The notes beneath the pieces are model-generated. The model did no database searches and was not told where the DNA came from. It saw only the letters and a program-made list of their open reading frames with translations. A stretch of DNA of 63,301 bases, the filler included, from Reclinomonas americana ATCC 50394 (Eukaryota): assembly GCA_048213135.1 (NCBI GenBank). It is 6 parts of 2 records of this genome, joined end to end, with 100 filler letters (N's around TTAATTAATTAA, not from the genome) between each part and the next. Parts side by side here need not be neighbours in the genome. Positions count along the whole stretch, not along the records: positions 40,995 to 59,529 come from PS015018.1; 5 more parts are not named here. One strand, written 5' to 3'. Made by a program: the position numbers and the translations under genes. Positions within the stretch are counted from its first letter, which is position 1, and every line of letters begins with the position of its first letter. Shown piece by piece: positions 42,058 to 55,831 of the stretch.

Positions 42058-45000
42058 GTGCAGTGTTTCTGACACCTCCAAATGCAGGTGGCCGCCGCCT
42101 ACAAGAGCGGCAAACCGATGGGATGCGGACTCATTCGTGCTCTCACGCCGGTGCTCGTGCACACGCTGCAGCGATCGGTGCCGTGGACCGAGGTGATGGC
42201 CACGCTGCATGCCGAGCTCGATCGCTTCGCCGTGGAGAACGCGCAGACTCTCATGCCGCGCGAGATCTCGCTTCTGGAGGTCGCTGTCGGCATCCTCACA
42301 TCGGCGTCGCAGTCAGATCACGGACGCGTGTATTCGCTGATGGCGCGGTTGCGCATGCCGCTGCCGCTTGCGTTCCCCGCACTCTCGGTCACCACTGAGG
42401 ATTCACCGGGTTCGTTCGCAGCTCCGCATGGCATTGCGCGAAAGTCCTCTCTGTGCGTGCAGCTAACGCTTGGTGCAGGCCTGCAGCCACCATCGGTCCG
42501 TGTGCCGCTGCGTGCACTGCATGGTGCATTGTCTATGCCACTCCGCGCCGGTCTGCCTCTGTTTGTGTCCTTTGGCTCGGACAGCACGACTGGCATCGGA
42601 AAGTCGGCGTTCCTTAACAGCCTGCTCAACCTGGGACCGTGCACTGCATTCGACACCAATATCAACTCGGCGCTTCATGCGCCAAGGTATTCATTCATGT
42701 CGCCTCCCCTGTTCTTCGATGCATTTGTTGCTGAGCGAATGCTGTTTCGCAGCGTGCAACTGTCACTCGGCTCCTCCGGCACGCAGACTCTCCATATGGC
42801 CGACTTTCACGGTTCTGTTCACGGAGGTGTGCTTGTCCGCCCACCCGCCCTCCCATGATTGTCACGCACATTGTCGCTCACGTTTGCGTCTTGTTTTTTT
42901 GTTGTCCGGCTGATAGGATTGGAGGCGTTGGCGTACCGACTCGGCAGATTGGCTGCCGGTGTGCTGGTGCACGTGACCGCCAACGACTTTACATCTGCGG
43001 CACAAATGGCTGACAAGGAGCTGCAGCAGCTGCTGCAGGCGCTGCCGCGACGCGTGCGTGTCTTTTTCATCTGGCACGATTACGACGACGCTGTGCACCA
43101 GCAGACTGTTGACTCGGTGCTGCGGGTGTTGGCGGCTCCGTTGCGGCGTCGACTGCACGCCATTACGGTGTCGGCGTCGCTCCGTGCTTTGCGAGGTGCC
43201 GAGCGACAGGCAGAGATGGCCCCGCTCGCGCGCACTTTCTTCGAGGCACTGGACGAGAGTTTGCATGTTTCCGGCAGTGCGGCTGCGGGCTCACGCTCAC
43301 TTCATCCGCTCGCATCATTTGCTCGTCTGGTGTGCCACACGTTTCACTCTCTCACGTTCTCTCTGCGTACGCGCTGCTCACAGACCGATTGTGTGCAGGT
43401 GTCGGATCTGGAACCGCTGCAGCGGGAGGGTCCGTACGCATTGTCGCTGCCGACGCCGGCATTTTTCACCGCCAGCAGTCGGACACCGGAGCTGCTGGCG
43501 CAGGTGCGCATCGCCGACGGCCTCTTCCGATCCAACCTGTTCCCGCACATCAAGGTGCACAGCAAATGGGTCATGCAGGTAAGCTGTTGTGTGTATGTAT
43601 TGTGCGTCGGGACGCCCCGACAACTCATTTTTTTGCGATCAGAACAAGCCGCGAGTAGATGGACCGGCGGCTGACTCTGTGGAGTCGGTATACGATGTGG
43701 CGCACGCGTCAGCATCGTCGGCTGAGCCCATGGTCATTCCGTCCGGGCCCACCGCCATTGTCCGACTGTTCTCCGAGCTGTTGACGGCAGGGGTGTGTGT
43801 CCTTGTATTTGCCCCCCTGATTGCAGCTGCTCATGTGTGACTGACGTCGTAACAGGACCTCGATGCGGTGCGTGAGTTTGAACGCAAGCTGGAGGAGTGG
43901 AAGGGTACCAAGCTGAAGGATGTGGACGGGCACATTGCGCGACACGAAATGGCTCTCGAGGCACAGCTGCAGGTGCGTGAATGTGCTTGTAAATTGTGTA
44001 TGCGTTCTCTTTCTACCCAGCTCAGTCGCTTTGTTGATGGATCGACAGGCCCGTCGCCGTAGTTCCCAGACCGATATCGCCCAGCAGTTGCAAGCTGCGC
44101 GTGACATGCTTGTGAGATGGAGATATCGGCGCGATGAAATCGACATTACTGTGGACCACTTCTTTGCGGAGTTGATAGCCATGGACGCCATGCGGCGCGG
44201 CCGTGTTCCCTCTATTGGCACGCTGCTTTCGGTACGCGCGCGACTTTCACTGGCCAGTCTACAATTCTGCGTGGTACTCACACTGTGTCCGCAGTCTGAC
44301 GTCCTCGTCGATCGGTACAGCCAGTGGATCGCCGGAGGCGCACCAATACAATTGGTCAACGAGGAGTTTCTGCAGCTGGATCGTGAGGTGAGGCGGCGTG
44401 GCAAGTTGCACGCTTTACTCAAGTTACGCACTCCCCGCTCACACGGTTTGTGCAGTTTGTCGGTCGTGCGTTGGAGCATCTGTCGGGCAGTCAGCAGAAC
44501 GTTGGTAAGCTGCTGGTCGTCACGGTGGTGGGTCCGCGGCAGTCCGGCAAGTTGCGTGCGGAGCGTTGACTTTTGCTGTTGCCGTCTTCCGACTTACCCT
44601 CATGTGCGACCGCAGATCGACGCTCTTGAATGCGCTGTTTGGCTCCGAGTTCCGCGTCTCCACTCGTGAGTGTGTGCTCTTTTGTCGGCGCAAGATGACA
44701 CCGTGGATGATACTCATCAGTTGCCACGCAGATCGCCAAACACGCGGCATCTTCTTGTCGTACAAACGGGGTCCTACGCCGGGCGCTACCGATATTTTGT
44801 TGATTGACACGGAGGGTTTGCGAGTGGGCGACACTAACATTAGTGCATCTGGCGTGCCCGGTTTGAGGTGTGTGATTGCGTGCGCGCAGGTACCTGCTGC
44901 ATATCTTGTGGCTCATTGGTGAATTCTACTGCAGCATGTCGGCCTTTGATCAGCGACTAACCATTCTGTCGTTGTCGTGCTCCAACGTCGTGCTGTTCAA

Positions 45001-46887
45001 TGGTCGAGAACGCGCCTCGCTGCAAGGACTCTGCGACGCATGTGTGTTTGCTGTTAATCAGGTACGCGCTGAAGCTGATATGTACCTCAGGTTGGAAGGT
45101 GTCTCACTTTTTTTGAGCGCACAGACTCGCATGCGGGCGGAGCCGCCACGCATCATCTTTGTGTTGCGCGACGTGCCGTCTCCCGACGAGGAAGCGACGG
45201 TGCTTCGCTGGCGCAGTCGAATGCAAGGCCTGCTGACGGCCTCTGCTCACGAACAGCAGTTTGACAACCTAGACGAGTTCCTGCGCATCGACCAGAACAC
45301 GCTGGTTCTCGTGCCACCGGTACGCCATCTCTGTGCCTAATTGAGCATTGTGCATTTCGTTGCTCATTCGTCCTGTGGCATGCAGGCCACGGTGTCAGAG
45401 TCGTCCCTGGACAGCGTCGCGCGACCAATGGCCGGTGCCTCCACTCGCCAAGTGCCGAATCCAGACTTTGCGGACGCGGTTCTGCAGCTGCGCCAACTCA
45501 TTCTAGACCACGCACACCACTTGGCCGACGTCACCGCCGACCGTCTCTTCAACAACATGATGCAGTGGTGTGGCTGAACATCTTATAGTGACCGTCGTCC
45601 ATCAGTCAGACTGACTGTGCGTCCGTGTCGCGTAACAGGGTGCAACATGCAAGTGCCATGTTTTACACCATTTCCGATGTCGAGGCCTTCACGCGGGCCA
45701 ATGAACGCGACATTGCGGCCGATGCTGTGGCAGCACTGGTGCCCAAGTTGGAGAGACGAACCAAGGTGTGTGCGTGTGCGTACTCGATCCTCTCTGATCA
45801 TGTGCATCCCTGAAAAAGCTGTCACACCCGCAGATCATTCGCGAGATTGTGACTACGGAGGCCGAGTATGTGACCGCGCTGGAAGTGGTTTGTACCCGTC
45901 AGTGCGTGTACTTAGGCAGTGGACGGAGACCGACTGCGCGATTGTGCGTTCCCGCAGATCCACGCGTTGTACGAGCAGCCTATTCGCGAACAGCAGGCAT
46001 CTCTGCGCATCCCCGACCGCGTCCTGGCGTCACTCTTCAACGAGATCAACGTTGCGATTGTGCTGGGGAAACCACTTAAATTGTCGAAGTGTCTGATTTG
46101 TGCCGTATGGGGTATTACGCAGCTCATTCGTCGATTGCACCCGGCACCTCCTTCCATCACCTCGAGGTCTGTGCGCATGTCGTTGCGCTGTCGCCTCTTA
46201 TCGCATCTTGACTGGTCTCTGCAGCATTCTGCGAAGCATTGCCGATGGCGGTGCATCTCCCTCGTCCCCGCCTCGCTCTCTCGGCTCACCGTCGTCGTCG
46301 TCACGACACACATCGTCGCCATCGTCAAGCGTCGGTTCGCCGACGGGCAGTCCTCCGAGCGCGTCGACTTCCATATCGAATCCGCGCCAGTTGTCGCTGC
46401 TGGAGGCACTGCAGGCTGTACTCAATCCAGCACTCGATCGCGCGCGAACCGAGTCGGCGACCATGCAGCCAGACGACTGGTGGGAGGTCAACCGCGAGCT
46501 CCCGCTCGGCTACATTCTGCTGCAGCACGTGCAGCCGCTGAGGTGTGCCCGTCGTCCACGCATTCCTTTCTCTCTTCTCTCCGCGTTCCTTAACTGTGTT
46601 GGTGCGCAGGCTGTATGTGACCTACGCGCAGCATCATGCCAACATTGTATCGTTGTTCCTCAAGCTGGCCAAGGAGCGACCTGGGTTCTCGGAGATTCTG
46701 GATGCGGCGCGTCGACATCCGCTGAGCAAGGGCCTCGATATTGAGGCGCAGGTTTGTGGGCTCTCACCATTCAAGTGCACTCGTTTGTCTCCCTTGTGCG
46801 AGACTCACATAGACGGCGTGCACGCAGCTGATCAAGCCGATTCAGCGCATCGCGCGATACACGTTGCTCGTGCAGGTTTGCACCTTG

Positions 46888-46941
<54 letters not shown>

Positions 46942-48000
46942 CTCTCTCTCTCTCGTCGTCGTCGTCGTCGTCGTCGTACGTACGTACGTACGTACGTACG
47001 TACGTACGTCGTACGTACGTACGTNNNNNNNNNNNNNNNNNNNNNNNNNNNNNNNNNNNNNNNNNNNNNNNNNNNNNNNNNNNNNNNNNNNNNNNNNNNN
47101 NNNNNNNNNNNNNNNNNNNNNNNNNNNNNNNNNNNNNNNNNNNNNNNNNNNNNNNNNNNNNNNNNNNNNNNNNNNNNNNNNNNNNNNNNNNNNNNNNNNN
47201 NNNNNNNNNNNNNNNNNNNNNNNNNNNNNNNNNNNNNNNNNNNNNNNNNNNNNNNNNNNNNNNNNNNNNNNNNNNNNNNNNNNNNNNNNNNNNNNNNNNN
47301 NNNNNNNNNNNNNNNNNNNNNNNNNNNNNNNNNNNNNNNNNNNNNNNNNNNNNNNNNNNNNNNNNNNNNNNNNNNNNNNNNNNNNNNNNNNNNNNNNNNN
47401 NNNNNNNNNNNNNNNNNNNNNNNNNNNNNNNNNNNNNNNNNNNNNNNNNNNNNNNNNNNNNNNNNNNNNNNNNNNNNNNNNNNNNNNNNNNNNNNNNNNN
47501 NNNNNNNNNNNNNNNNNNNNNNNNNNNNNNNNNNNNNNNNNNNNNNNNNNNNNNNNNNNNNNNNNNNNNNNNNNNNNNNNNNNNNNNNNNNNNNNNNNNN
47601 NNNNNNNNNNNNNNNNNNNNNNNNNNNNNNNNNNNNNNNNNNNNNNNNNNNNNNNNNNNNNNNNNNNNNNNNNNNNNNNNNNNNNNNNNNNNNNNNNNNN
47701 NNNNNNNNNNNNNNNNNNNNNNNNNNNNNNNNNNNNNNNNNNNNNNNNNNNNNNNNNNNNNNNNNNNNNNNNNNNNNNNNNNNNNNNNNNNNNNNNNNNN
47801 NNNNNNNNNNNNNNNNNNNNNNNNNNNNNNNNNNNNNNNNNNNNNNNNNNNNNNNNNNNNNNNNNNNNNNNNNNNNNNNNNNNNNNNNNNNNNNNNNACT
47901 AGTAACGGACGGTCGGTCGACGCACGACTCGAGTCAAGACCGACGTTCTACGACGCGACTCGCGCGACGTACACGTTACGTCTCGTGTCGCGTTGTCCTC

Positions 48001-48048
<48 letters not shown>

Positions 48049-48986
48049 GCTTGGATAACATGCATGCCGTGTCCCAGACGGTTCTGGATTATACTCCACG
48101 AGGGCTGCGTACGTACAGACCGGTGGCGCAGTTTGGCGGCGGTTCGGCCGAGGTGTTGCAGGAGGACGACGAAGTGGAAATGATCACGTCGGCACTCGAT
48201 GTGCTGCGCACCATTGCACACAATGTCGACCAGAGGAAAGAGTGCGTTACTGCTGCTGTGCGACGGGACGCTCGTTTCTCTTCTGACTCCACCGTCGTGC
48301 GCAGCGAGTTCGACAACCGACTGAAGGTGCAGGAGATGCAGGAGCAGCTGGGTATGACGGCCGATGTACCATCTCGCCGCCTGCTCCACCAATTCACAGT
48401 GGAGAAAGTGGCTGCACGGCAAAAGCCCAATGTGCAGACGCAGATCAAGCCAGCCACACTGATTCTCTTTAGCGACGGTTGGTGCACGTTTTTTTTCATT
48501 TGTTTCTGTCCCTCTACTGTCCATGACGTGAAACGCGCGTGCGTACCTTCAACTTGCAGTGCTGGTGGTGAGCCGCGATTTTAGGCGTTTCAGCATCGGC
48601 TCTCGTCGCAAGAACGATGTCGTTCCACTCATGCTCAACGGTGTGCCTTTGACGGCATCGCGAGTGATTCCAGACGACATGCGTGCTGGTCCGTGGGAGC
48701 TAGTGTGGGACAGCGTGCACGTCACATCTGTCGCTAATTGTGTGATTGCATGCGCAGGCATCTTGCAGGGCAGCGGGTTCATGGTGGAACGGCGGAAACC
48801 CGACTATTCGTGTGTGTTTTTCGCACCGTCGGAGAGGGAGGTCTGTATTGCTGTCTGTCTCCTGCCTGCACAAGTTTTTTTGCTGGAGAATACTACTCAC
48901 TCTGTTGCTGTCGGTTGTGGCAGGCGATGGACATTGTAGAGGCTTTAAACAAGGCAGTTAGTTGTGCTCATCCGGGATTACTATAA
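40995..48986 (+). CDS. Giant GB1/RHD3/VLIG-type GTPase with C-terminal DH-PH RhoGEF module (5' truncated, many introns)
   Basis: P-loop-like GSDSTTGIGKSAFLNSLL (about 42574); G1 VVGPRQSGKSTLLNALFGSEF, G2 TRGIFL, G3 LIDTEGL, FDQRLTILSLSCSNVVLFN, IFVLRD. DH motifs IIREIVTTEAEYVTALE, LYVTYAQHH, LIKPIQRIARYTLLVQ; PH-like ATLILFSD...VFFAPSERE. Confidence 0.75.
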
Positions 48987-49052
48987 TGGGTGTGGGAGGA
49001 ATAAAGAAAAAAGTGAATGCGACTGTTTACTCGCCGGTGCTGGCCACTCACT

Positions 49053-52000
49053 TTACGCCTGGAAGATGGCACACACTGCTGTCTGCGGCAACATGGGAGC
49101 CACGAAGTTGAGTCTCCCACTGGCGTCGGCCACCACCACCTGGTTGGTGGCGTCGACGCGGTATCGCGCATTCGGCACCGCACTGGTCAGCACGTAGCGT
49201 GCCTGTGCGTAACCCTGCACGCCCGTGGTGATGCAGATGCGATCTTTGCGATAATGGTACACATGCAGAGTGCCCATGTCGTAGCTCCACGAATCGCTGT
49301 CGAAGAGCGGTGCCACGGTGACGCCACCAAAACCGAGCCGAATGCCGTACTTGGCCTCGCGGAGGAGCATCGCATAGGCCTGCAAGCAAGCACGAATCGT
49401 CAACTACATCTGCAAAGCATCATTGCCATTGACAGTGTGCGAACCTCCGGATACTCGATAAAGAACTGTACACCCGTCCACGTGTGAGTCACGACGATTG
49501 CAACACAAGACGCACACATGCACATACCGGATTGTGCGCCGGCTTGTTGTCGCACGTGTAGCGTTCATACAGCCACCTGTGAAATGCAAATATATGTGGT
49601 GAGACATTTGTCGATCACACATTGACGGCCGAGGAAACGCAACGTCTGCTGCACGATGGTGCTGCTGAAGCGATCGAGAATGCGCGTCTGCAGTGTATTC
49701 ATGTCGCCCATGACTCGTCGCGCGATTCCCTCCTACACATAGCCCGTGAGCACCACAGTTCCGGGGGGAAGCGACACGCAGAAAAATGACACGCACCGCC
49801 CAGGCTATGCGGGCCATCGTCACCGCGCTGTCACCAATGTTGTCGAGGTAGCAGTCTTTCGGACCGTAGAACTTCTCCGAGACGTAGGTCGGCCACGCGG
49901 GACCGCAGGTGCTGTTGTCGATGCGGTGCAAAATGGCAGTGGCACGATCTGGAGTGGCCACACCGATGCCGACGGCCAGCAGATTGCTGTCGTAGTCGAC
50001 AAAGTCGCGAGTCGATCCGTCCTTGTTGAGCTGCGTAATGTAATGGTCTCCGGCCCACAGATGCTGATTCATGGAGGTGGCAATAAGAGTGGCATTGGCG
50101 CGCAACGATGCCGCGCGTGCCGTGTTGCCGAGATAATCGTGAGCCTCGGCCAGTTCGTGCGCCAGACGAACGGCAAAGGCGTTCGTGTCGGAGGTGAACT
50201 GCTCGCGGCGGAAGGTATCGATCCACAGCGGTCCCGGAGCACTGATCTGCACACAGCAGACACATAGGTTTCTGCATCGGGCCACCGCCAAGCACCACCA
50301 CGACAACAGCTCCAGCCTCACCAGTCCCAACGTCTTGTCGAGGTTATTCATGACAAAGTCGGTGGCACGGTCAATCAGGTTGATACGCAAGCGCAGCCAC
50401 GACACGTCGCCGGTCTCGCGCACATACAACAGTGCAGCTGAAGCCCAAAACATATTCGGTCCGGTCTGCGTCGCGCCCGAGATGGCCACATAGACGGGCT
50501 CCTTGTCGTGGAAGTGCTGAGAGGCGAGGACACGACCAACATGCATCGCGATGAGCCCCCTCACACCACAGCTGCAATCGGCAAAGACGCAACGTGCGGA
50601 AGCTGACCGGTGGGCAGGATACGAGCGATACTGGTCTCGAGCACCTGTTGCGACTGGTCAGCCAGGTACGGGTCGTCGGCATACAGCAGTGCTGAGATGG
50701 TGAAGAACGAGTCCGGGTCCTGCGCGCCACCGAGAGACATTGTAAATCACACGAGCAGGGAGCAAACGGATGAAAGATCTAGAGTAGTGTGCACTCAACA
50801 AAGAAGTTGTACAGTCCGCCGTACGCGTGGTTCGGTGTGGCGATGGTGGGCGACACACGTGCCGGCGGCAGCACGTATGAGACGAGCGCTCCGACCGGCG
50901 ACGCGTAGATGCCGGTGTAGAGCGCCTGCATTTCGTCGCTTAGCGCGCCACTCTGCTGCGGGTCACTCGCGTTTGGCAGGCGCGAAGCCGGCAGCGGGCG
51001 ATCCGAGGCGTAATACTTGAACGACACACTCCACGAGTCGCCCACATGAATGGTGGAGTTCGAGGAGCCGTTCTGCAGCGAGCAGAGCAGTGAGAGCACT
51101 AACGGGGCAAGGCAGTAGGTTTCTTCCTCGTGCCAACTGACCCAGCCAGTGGACCAGTCGTCGAACCCCTCTCCGTAGTTGCCTAGCAACACCAGCTGCA
51201 CGCCGCTGCCGAACCACTTGGTGGTCGGCGGCTGTGATTCGGGATGCCGATCGAATGAGTGCGGCACGCGCACACACACACATAAAAGAGGCGACGCACA
51301 CAAGACCTTGTTCAGCAGAACGGTGGTCGAATGCCCGCTGGGCTCCACAATCTCCGGGCACCCGCTCTGCTGCACGTTGGAGTCGATCGAGTACACACGC
51401 TGCAGAGCATCGCGCGACGCAAAGAACGGTGCCGGACTCGACATGCTCTGCACCGGACCGCGATCAAAGAGGCCGTACACCGACGGATTGGGCGAGTAGA
51501 CCGACACGTACACCGCCACCGTCTCCTGCGCCACCAGCGCACTGGCGCTGACCTTGAGCTCAAAGAACCGCTGCCCGGCACCCAGAGACAGAACCCACTC
51601 GGAAGTGATGGTCGGCTGCGTGGCGTCGTCTACCACGCCGGTAAAGTGCACTCTGCATGCATGCAGCGTGGATGAGCACCTGCGAGGCAACGAGAACGAC
51701 AGCAACAAACAACAACAACTGACCGTCCCAGTGTGTCGGTGTTGGACTCGATCGTGTACTTCAGGGAGGGCGATGCCGCACGAGACGAGGCACGCGTCTG
51801 GTAGTCCAGCCTGTGAACAGCAGTGAATGTGAATGCTCGGAAAAACACAGCTGACTGACTGTTTGGCTGACCATGATTTTGCGACAATGCGCTCGAGCGA
51901 GACACCCACACGACTGAGGCCGAGTGGATCCAATGTGGGCGAGCTCAGTGTCAGAGACGGGCGCGCATCAAAGTGGCCCGTGCCATTCACATCGGCGACG

Positions 52001-52176
52001 ACATTGCAAATGCCGGGAGTCTGCAGGCAAAAGGCCACATGCACAAAGCCGTTCTCCAGCACCACTTGGTTGTTCTGTGTGAAGACGCGCACAGGCGGGA
52101 GTGCAGTGGTGTGTGAGGCCAGTGCAGTGCCCAGCGCGGACGAGAGGAGAAGGAGGAGGAGGAGGAGGAGACGCAT
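49053..52176 (-). CDS. Secreted six-hairpin glycosidase-like ((alpha/alpha)6) protein, multi-exon
   Basis: Signal peptide MRLLLLLLLLLSSALGTALA; YVRETGDVSWL, WIDTFRRE, ARAASLRANATLIATSMNQHLW, DFVDYDSNLLAV, WLYERY-type motifs. Confidence 0.65.
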
Positions 52177-52530
52177 TTCCTCCGGTAGGAGAAGACAAAT
52201 GAATGGTGGACAAGGGACAACGAAGACGTCGATTGTTGCTTTCCCGAGGCGTTGCGGCAGCCAGTTCCCGTGTATTCTCTCTCTTGTGTGCATCAAGGAT
52301 GGATTCACTTGAAGTCTTGTCTCGTCTCATGTACAAAAGCAAAAAACAGCAAACAACGTGGGGGGTGGAGAAGGGGAGGGTTACCGGTGGCGGTGGTGGT
52401 GGGTGACAGCGGTGCACGGCACACAGATACAGACGGCACACGTGCACACGCTCGCAAAACGGGCATCTAACGCAAACGCAAACAACAACAACTAGCTAAC
52501 AAGGGTGGAGAAGGCAGCCGAAACGCGCAC

Positions 52531-55500
52531 TCATGGTCTCGGCAGCATGTGGGGCGGTCGAATCGCAGCCCAGGTCTCCGGGCAGTCTGTGTCATGGGGT
52601 AATGATATAGCAGGTGAGTTCAAATCGCCCCTGTTGTTCACGTCTCCAAACCAAGACGCAACGCTTCGACGCCAGCTCCGCCGCCATACTGGCAGGTCGA
52701 TGCACGTGGTCGCGCGTGGAGTAGCGGGTGAGCACCTCAGCTAGCACCGCCAAGCCATCGCAGCTGACCAGAGATTTGCGGTTCGACTCGTTGCCTGCGA
52801 GACACCACCGTATTGAGCAAGCCGTTTTGTTTCTTTTCGGCATACCCATCAGGCGGACACACACACACACATACCATCCATGGCATAGTAGGCAGCCCAC
52901 ATGGCCTCGCATATCAGTGGCGCCTGATCGTAGTGCTTCCTCACAATGTCAACCAGCGCCTGTACGAATAAAAACAAGTCAGCAGCTGCCATTTTCCAAG
53001 GACAAGGCACGAGTGTGCACGCAACAGTCATGCCGCCAGCATCACCAAAGAGTGCCTGGTTTGCGGGATCTGTCACACGGACGGACAAGCTTCTGGGTGA
53101 GCCAGGAGGAGAGGAGAGTGCGAATGGCAATACAGTGCACTAGCTGACGCACCATCATGCATTGCATTCCAAGCCGCACGGCACGCCTGCGCCGCCACGT
53201 GAACACTGTCGGGGTGGTTTCGCATAACATTGACAAGAGCACCCATGCCACCAGCGTCACGCAAGAGCGCGCGCGCGGTAGGTGAATCTGCAAGTGCGCG
53301 GAGATAGATATACGAGTGAGAGAGGGAGTGCATATTGAGACACGTGAAAAAACGACAGCACCTCCAGTGACGTTGGCGATCGCGGCACAGGCGAAGCGCA
53401 TGACTTCAGCACTGCCAATCTGGTAGTGAAGCACAAGGACCAGCATGCGCAGTCCCCGCGATTCACACATGCGTGTTCCGTTGGCCAGGTTGCCTGTTTA
53501 GGGTGCGAATTAGAAAATGGTGACATGACCACCCCTCCCAAAAATGGAATCACAACAGTGCGTGAGACGCAACAGTCGAGAGCAGCCGATGCTGCCAAAC
53601 ACGCATGCTGCATGGTCAACACGTTGCCGGTGTGCTGCTGGAATACGGGAACGAGGGCTGCGACGCCGCCCAACTGTACGAGGAAAAAATCGGGTATGTG
53701 AGTCAACCAGCACAAAAACGCACGGAAGAAACAGACACCAATCACACACACACACAAACAAACCTCGCCAAACATTGCTTGGTTCTCGGGGCACGCCTGA
53801 GAAACAAAGCAGGACAAGGCACGTACATCAGTGAGTGAATCGGCATCCAAAAGTGGAGAGAAAGTGAGCAAGCGCAACAGCCATGGCACAGAACGCCGCA
53901 TCGCAGGCATATCGCATCACTTCGTGGTTCAGGTAGTGCTCGTGGAGCACATCGACGAGTGCCCGCAGGCCATCGCTCTGTCGGAACTCCACTTGATTTC
54001 GCGGGAATTCTGCACAGCACTGGATCAGCAACAACACCGAAAACACGTGCAGCGTGCACCAGATGCGGAGCCGTACCGTGCATGGCAGTGGCCACCGACC
54101 AGCAGACGTAGCGTTCCACTGTCGCATCTCGCAAGTGCCGTGCCTGCAGAGTCCGATGGGCAAAAAAGGCAAGTGCGGGTGAGAGACAGATCCAAAACGG
54201 GGGACGCAAAAGAAGGAAAAGCAGCACTCGACTCACCATTGCGCGAACAAGTGTGGGAATACCGTCGGCCTTGGAGAGGCGCTCACGGTTGTCCTTGGAA
54301 GCGTACATGGCATACGTGAGTACCCATGCAGCCTCGCGTGCGACGGCGGCCGAGTCGGGAAGCCGCTCCATGACCTCGATGAGCGTTTTGATGCCACCGA
54401 GTTCACCCCACTGCCTCTGATTGTCCGCATTGCCTGCAGTGATGCGTGTAAGCACACACATGTCGGTGTCCACCACTCTGCTGACATTATAAAATGTACC
54501 TGCGAGGGCATTCAGCGTGGCTCGGCAGGCCTCGAACATTGTGTCCTATGTACACGCAACAGACACGGGCGAGATGAGCGTGCAAGCCACTTTCTCAACG
54601 ACGAGATACACCAGATCGAACACACACACTCACCGCGTCGCCAATATGCTTCTTCATCACCCGCTGCAATTGGTCAAGGCCGTTGACATTGACAAAACGC
54701 AGCCGATTCGGCGTATCCGTGTCAATGAGAGCGTTCGCCACCGCCATGCAGGCATAGAACATGGCCTTTGTCTCGCAGTTGCAATGGCGGGAGATGAATG
54801 CTGTCAGCGAGGGCTGCACATACACAAGCGGTCGCATGAGACGACACAATCATCCACAGCAGTGACGGTGGCAACACCATACCATGCCGTCCACGTCAGC
54901 AAACCGCCGACGATTCTCTGTCGATAAGTACATGAGAACACAGTGTGACACATTTCACGCACACGGTTTTCGTGAGACTCACCGTCGATACGCATGGCAT
55001 TGGCCAGGCAAGCAGCTGCCAGACCACACACTTCCGCGTCCGACGCATACCGCTCGAGAACTCCCATGCACAACTCCACGCCCCGCTGACCACCGAACTG
55101 GCGACATGAAGTCGTATCTGTGAAACGAGCAGGCGGTGAACAAACACAAGCACACACAGTCGACCACATTCACAACACACGCAAACGGCACCCACCCAAG
55201 CGCAAGATCTCCTCTGCTACCTCCAGAGCTGCACCGACAACTTCTGCTGGCTCCGCCGGTTGCGCCTCCAACACGTGCAGCACCTGACCGCCGACACGGT
55301 GTGAGCACGGACATGTACACACCAACACACACCAAAACACAGAAAAAGAAACGTGAGAACGCACCTGTTCAAAAGCAGGACGCTGTCGCCGTGGGAGTGC
55401 ACGCAGGGCCGCCACCCGAAGTGCCGTCGGTACTGGAGTCTGTCTCAAAGGCACCATGCTCGTCGCTGTGCTCGAAGTCGCACTGGCCGCCTCCATGATG

Positions 55501-55778
55501 GTGAGGCTCACGTCGCCTGCGCTGCTGACGGCCCGCGTCGGCTGCCGGTTGCGCGGCTCCCATTCGCCAGCAATGAGCGCCAGCAGAATGTCTTCGGTTC
55601 GGGCCAGCGGCGTGTTGCTCATGTACAGATTCTTGAGCGACTGCAAACATGGTCGCAGGTTGGGCAGGCGCGCCAGTAGCGTCGACGACAGGTTGAGCGT
55701 GACGATGCCTGATGGGAGATCGCCGACCTACACACGCGATGAATAATAGTTGAGCTCACTAAAAATGGAAATCGCGGG

Positions 55779-55831
<53 letters not shown>

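Noticed and set aside
46976-47024. (TACG)n runs here and at 30659-30679
   Set aside because: They occur only at contig ends after microsatellites and match pyrosequencing flow order; likely read-end noise.
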